In this document: positions 59,608-64,000 of the stretch, one piece after another
How positions within the stretch are numbered: the first letter of the stretch is position 1
How the letters are laid out: each line of letters begins with the position of its first letter
Assembly (NCBI GenBank): GCA_965644495.1
Contig: CBFFSA010000005.1
Location: forward strand, 558,001 to 622,000
Direction of reading: 5' to 3'
Source: Perkinsela sp. CCAP 1560/9
Lineage: Eukaryota; Protista; Euglenozoa: Kinetoplastea
DNA: 64,000 bases
Program-made: the position numbers and the translations under genes
The notes under the pieces: generated by a model
What the model saw: only the letters and a program-made list of their open reading frames with translations
Database searches by the model: none
Told to the model about the DNA's origin: nothing

Positions 59608-61017
59608 ATGCCGTCTGAGTTTTTTCCTCGTTCGCTTTCCAGTGTTTCTTCTGTTATTTCAGAAGATAGCTCTATTGAAGTGGTAACTTCACCGCTTTTT
59701 TTGTCTAAACAGGAAGGTGGAATAGCGTTTTGTCAGAAATTATCATTAGGTCTTGATGTGGCGCATGCGGAAGCTTTCCATATACCTATGCAACATGTAG
59801 ATGAGTCAATCGGAAATTTTTCCCGGTCATCCGAAGATCACTGCATAGATGCTGTTATGCTTGTCAGCGTTGAAGAAACTAGTAGCTCTTCCACCTCAGA
59901 AATTTTTTATTTTCCTTCCATAGATCAGTACGAAGATGAGGCATATTTTTCCTCATCTGTGCTGCTCAACTCGGATAGCAATGTATCAGAGGCATCGATT
60001 TTGTCTCTTCTTCCTCTATCGAAAGTTGAGCAAAGCGAAGACATTCTTTTAGAAAAAGAGTTCTCGCTCCAAGAAGCAATGTATTCTGATAGCGTATTAC
60101 CCTGCACAAAAGAAGGAGAATCGGGTAAAAAGACAATTCTACGCAGTGATCAATTCTCAGAACAGAGTGAACGAAATTTACAAGACAGAAAGAGTAAATT
60201 GCATGAACTTAATGTCCGTGCACAGCACTCAAGAAAGAAATGTCATGATTTTTTCTCGGCGGAACACCACACTACAACACTTTCCCGAACATTGTTGGCA
60301 CCTTATCCTTCCTTTGAAGCCTCAAGGATATTAGACTACTTGTTTTTGGGATCATATACAGATGCGATGAACTTAAAAGCTCTTCAAGCATTGGGAATAA
60401 CGCATATACTGAATGTTGCTAAAGAATGTGATAATAATTCTTTTTCTTTAGCATTACGCGATCTAAACAGAAAGCAATTGACTTGTTCACAGGTATTTCC
60501 AGATCAAATACAAATCACGCATCATGACGTAAGTGAGGTTTCCCGTTTGCTGGGAACATCTGAAGCATACGGGAACGATATTGACATTTCCTATGATCAT
60601 ATACATTCTTGTCTTCCTGCTCCTGACAGACTTGATGGTATATTGGCAAAATCATGGCAACTGACGCAAGATATTCATAATGCCCTTTCTCATTCTATAA
60701 CTTTTCTTCAACTTGGAATACAAGACAAGCACGCGGAAGATATCACACGATTGTTTCTTCCTAGTATTTTTTTTATTAATCGCACTCGTCAATCGGGCGG
60801 TAAAGTTCTTATTCACTGTCATCGCGGCATCAGTCGTTCTCCTGCTGTTGTTCTCTCATATCTTATTCATGAATTTCACTTGACTCTTGAACAAGCCATG
60901 AACCATATAGAATCCCGTAGGGCACAAATATGTCCGAATCTTTCTTTCATTTTAGCCCTTGAGGATTGGCGCCTTCGAAACAAATGCACAGCATCAAATT
61001 TCGAAGTTTTTACTTAA
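59608..61017 (+). CDS. Dual-specificity (MAPK-phosphatase-like) protein phosphatase
   Basis: SRILDYLFLGS, LGITHILNVA, IQD, GKVLIHCHRGISRS.AVVLSYL, RR.QICPN.SF. Confidence 0.92.
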   Translation: MPSEFFPRSLSSVSSVISEDSSIEVVTSPLFLSKQEGGIAFCQKLSLGLDVAHAEAFHIPMQHVDESIGNFSRSSEDHCIDAVMLVSVEETSSSSTSEIFYFPSIDQYEDEAYFSSSVLLNSDSNVSEASILSLLPLSKVEQSEDILLEKEFSLQEAMYSDSVLPCTKEGESGKKTILRSDQFSEQSERNLQDRKSKLHELNVRAQHSRKKCHDFFSAEHHTTTLSRTLLAPYPSFEASRILDYLFLGSYTDAMNLKALQALGITHILNVAKECDNNSFSLALRDLNRKQLTCSQVFPDQIQITHHDVSEVSRLLGTSEAYGNDIDISYDHIHSCLPAPDRLDGILAKSWQLTQDIHNALSHSITFLQLGIQDKHAEDITRLFLPSIFFINRTRQSGGKVLIHCHRGISRSPAVVLSYLIHEFHLTLEQAMNHIESRRAQICPNLSFILALEDWRLRNKCTASNFEVFT

Positions 61018-61335
61018 AGGGGTGGGGTACGTCTACACTCGAAAGTATGTACACAGTCGCTGGAGGTCGCTGACAGTCACTGACAATGGCCTGACAGTCG
61101 CTGGAAGTCAGGATGACTAGAAATAGGTCGGAGCGCCGGAGTACTATCTGGAATTCAAACCTGCTGTACCCCCCGTTTTTAAAACTCATTTTATTCATAG
61201 TCTAACTAGTATTTTAGTATAAACTTTTAAACCCCCTGTACAATTATTAGTCCACTTTTTTATTAAACCCCATTCCGGTTTACACCTCCGCCAGAAAGTA
61301 TTCTCCACAAAAATAACGGACACAAAAAGTAATGT

Positions 61336-61790
61336 ATTTATTAGTATCGATCATTTTTTTGAGTTTTGAAGAGGAACGCAGGAAATTGGGGCACGCAGGG
61401 AAGCCATTGAAAGATCGGAAACTCGTCGTAAAGAAACACTTGGAATGTCGCGGAAAGCTAAGGCAAGATTTGAGCAGGCTCGGAATGGTTCCTCTCTCAC
61501 ACTATTTTAGCGTTGAGTAATCAAAACAATTAAATTGCTAATTCCATGGTTTGTTTGATGTTCCCAAGAACTGACAGTGCTACACTTTTCCCTCGCACCA
61601 GCAGTTATTTAGTTCTTGTGATAGTTACTTGGATTCTTATAGTTCGACCTGTTTTTGTGCTTCAGTATACTTTACAGATCCGATATGATAAAGTGCAACT
61701 TTTTCGAGGCAAGTGGCAACTCGTGGAAATCGACAAAAAGTGTTGTATTTATTAGTATCGACCACGAATTTTTGGTCGATACTAATAAAT
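61336..61790. mobile_element. Putative MITE with inner direct repeat and terminal hairpin
   Basis: atttattagtatcga(t/c)ca at 61336 and 61747; perfect 18-bp inverted repeat 61747-61764 / 61773-61790. Confidence 0.5.
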
Positions 61791-61963
61791 TACAATGCTT
61801 TTTGGCAGGGGTGTAATGTACCTGTAGCTCGCTATTGTACCGGGTGGGTACAATAAGTGGGAACGTCTGGTTTTAATGTATCCCCCCTTGCGCAAACGAG
61901 ACGCCACAATCAATATAATATTGACACTATTCGATGTAAAATGTCTACAAACCTTCAAAAAAG

Positions 61964-62118
61964 ATTTCAAAAGCTTGTTTCCTTCAAAATTACCTGCCAT
62001 GAGGTAAAGCACCTCCCCCGAAACAGCGGGTCTGCACCGCCTCGAAGGGCCAAAACAAATCATTTCAAAAGCTTGTTTCCTTCAAAATTACCTGCCACGA
62101 GGTAAAGCCCCTCCCCCG
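61964..62118 (+). repeat. Direct repeat, about 57 bp twice with 98-bp period
   Basis: atttcaaaagcttgtttccttcaaaattacctgcca.gaggtaaagc.cctcccccg at 61964 and 62062. Confidence 0.85.
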
Positions 62119-62176
62119 CGTCAAAAAAGTGAACAAAAACAGTGAAAATATTAAGAGAAACACAGTAATTAATATT

Positions 62177-64000
62177 GCGGTGGTTGTAAAACTACCGCTC
62201 TACACTCGATTATTGAAAAAAAAGTGAACAAAAACAGTGAAAATATAAAGAGGAACACATTAATATAATAGAAGAAAGAAATATAAAAGGGGGCTCCGGT
62301 GGTCCAAAACTGAAAAAAAATTTTGAAAAAAATGGGGGGTCCAGGGGGGGGGGCATGGTCGAGCAAATTTTTTCGAAAAAATTAGTTTTCGAAAAAAAAC
62401 CGCAGAAAGGGTAGCCGGGGTCTTGGCGCGCATTTTCCACCCCCCTACCCGGGGGTGACCCCACCGCGTATCCGCAGGACGGGTCCGCCTAGTTCGGATT
62501 TTTTCGGAAAAAAAATTTTGAAAAAAAATTCAACTTGGCGAAAAAAATGACAAAAACGATATTTTTCCAAAATCGTTTCCCCTATTGTATTTTGATAGTT
62601 TGGGACCTATACTAGCTTTCTCGGTAGTTGTTTTCGCAAGGTATCCCTTCTTCGAACCGTGGTGCGCCCCTCAAAATGACCCATTTTTGACTAAAAAAGG
62701 TGAAAAAGTATTTTTTGGACAACAAGGGGCATTTTTGTGTCGAAAGAATGGTATGGTTGAAGTCGCATTCTCTACCCAATACGTTCGGTAGGCTTTCATT
62801 CATGCCTACGAGTGATTTCCCACGCGCAAATGTCGGATTTAGTGCTCTGACAGCAAAAATACACGAAAATGACCCCATTTGTACCCGAAATTCGGCTATT
62901 TTTGGCTATAATCTTTCCGTTTTCCAGGCTAAATTTTCTTTTTTAGTCTCTTCGTTAAACGCGGCGGTAGTTTTCAACGCGAAGCGCGCAGCATGAGTGA
63001 CTTCTAAGTTGAAAGCAACCACCGCGTTTAACGAAGAGCCTAAAAAAGAAAATAATAGAAGAAAAATAAATAAAAGGGGCTCAGGTGGTCCAAAAAATTT
63101 CAAAAAAAATCGGACCCTTGGGGGGTCCATGGGGGGGCATACCGCACAATTTTTTTTTGAAAAAATTACTTTTCGAAACAAAAGCGCAGAAGGGGTAGCC
63201 GGGGTCTTGGCGCGCATTTTCCACACCCCTACCCGGGGGTGACCCCCCCTCGTATCCGCAGGACGGGTCCGCCAAGTTCGGATTTTTTCGGAAAAAAATT
63301 TTGAAAAAAAATTCAAATTGGCGAAAAAAATGGCAAAAAAAATATTTTTCCAAAATCGTTTCCCTTATTGTATTTTGATATTTTAAATACCGTATGCCCC
63401 CCCAGTAATAGACCCCCCCCAGTAACAGAGATTTGTCTCGGGAGAGTGGCTGGAGGGGGGAGGGGATGTTTGGGCGGGTGGGGTCGCTGGGCTGGGTGAG
63501 GGTGGTTGCGCGGGAGCGAATGGCGTAGTTGCTGGGTTGTCTGGGCAGAAAATCAATGCATCCATGAACAAAAAATGTTTTTTCCCACCAAAAAAGCATA
63601 CCCCCAGTAACAGAGATTTGGCCATTCGGATCCAAAATCGATTCTATTACTGGGGTGGCATACGGTATGTTAAATCATCCCTGATGATATAACTCTTCCT
63701 TCTTCCTCTCATATTCCCCAAAACAACTACCACCTTCCCCCCATTTATCAGGGGTCGCTCGCGCTACTCCCGCTAAATAGGGGGGGAAGGTGGTAGTTGT
63801 TTCCTTTTTTCTATTCTAGGGGGGGCATACCTTATAAAAAATTTTTTTGAAAAAATTATTTTTCGAAACAAACCCGAAGAAGGGGTATCCGGGGTCTTGG
63901 CGCGCATTTTCCACACCCCTACCCGGGGGTGACCTCGCCTCGTATCCGCAGGACGGGTCCGCCAAGTTCGGATTTTTTCGGAAAAAAAATTTGAAGAAGA
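62177..64000. repeat. Complex repeat array: three copies of a GC-rich core flanked by A/T tracts, separated by hairpins
   Basis: gggta.ccggggtcttggcgcgcattttccac.ccctacccgggggtgacc..cgtatccgcaggacgggtccgcc.agttcggattttttcggaaaa at about 62409, 63193 and 63883 (spacing 784 and 690 bp). Confidence 0.9.
63390..63665. mobile_element. CCGTA-type (Tc2/pogo-like) MITE, 276 bp
   Basis: TA|CCGTATGCCCCCCCAGTAATAGA ... TCTATTACTGGGGTGGCATACGG|TA (1 mismatch in 23); inner cccccagtaacagagatttg twice. Confidence 0.85.

Noticed and set aside
115-61017. Prokaryotic operon or giant-virus origin for the co-oriented intronless genes
   Set aside because: Gene content is core eukaryotic (spliceosome, COPII, TRAPP, V-ATPase, E2) with a kinetoplastid-type Erv1
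62400-63990. kDNA minicircle conserved region (GGGTAGGGG on the minus strand plus A-tracts)
   Set aside because: Only 9 nt resemble the CSB-1 context; no GGGGTTGGTGTA universal minicircle sequence
61020-64000. Telomere
   Set aside because: No (TTAGGG)n array in the window; a subtelomeric location cannot be shown here

Overview
Eukaryotic, intron-free DNA. About 28 protein genes lie head-to-tail on the + strand from 115 to 61017, like a kinetoplastid polycistronic cluster. The Erv1 gene has the kinetoplastid-type tail with a distal CxxxC. The ten small LRR genes and the AROM gene point away from trypanosomatids and towards a Perkinsela-like prokinetoplastid (inference). Recognisable genes: PRP46/PLRG1, a HARE-HTH+SET protein, ERV1, crooked-neck/CLF1, SEC24, two dual-specificity phosphatases, a large beta-helix protein, an ABCB half-transporter, MTQ2/N6AMT1, a Plus3-RING protein, TRS23, V-ATPase subunit c, a J-domain protein, PTH2, an HMG-box protein, UBC7/UBE2G and AROM. 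Main unusual signals: (1) about ten GC-rich islands inside coding sequence, every 2.4-10.6 kb, each flipping from C/A-rich to G/T-rich on the + strand strongly enough to rewrite conserved proteins (candidate bidirectional origins, promoters or recombination hotspots); (2) a dispersed LRR family sharing a hydrophobic plus basic R-x-G/S-K-V leader (candidate export motif); (3) a complete tRNA-derived SINE with an 11-bp TSD; (4) many class II elements, including an open Tc1-type transposase with DD32E spacing, several TA-flanked MITEs and a hAT relic; (5) an AROM with a degenerate shikimate kinase domain; (6) a hairpin-punctuated, A-tract-rich repeat array at the right edge. All calls come from reading motifs by eye; no searches were run.
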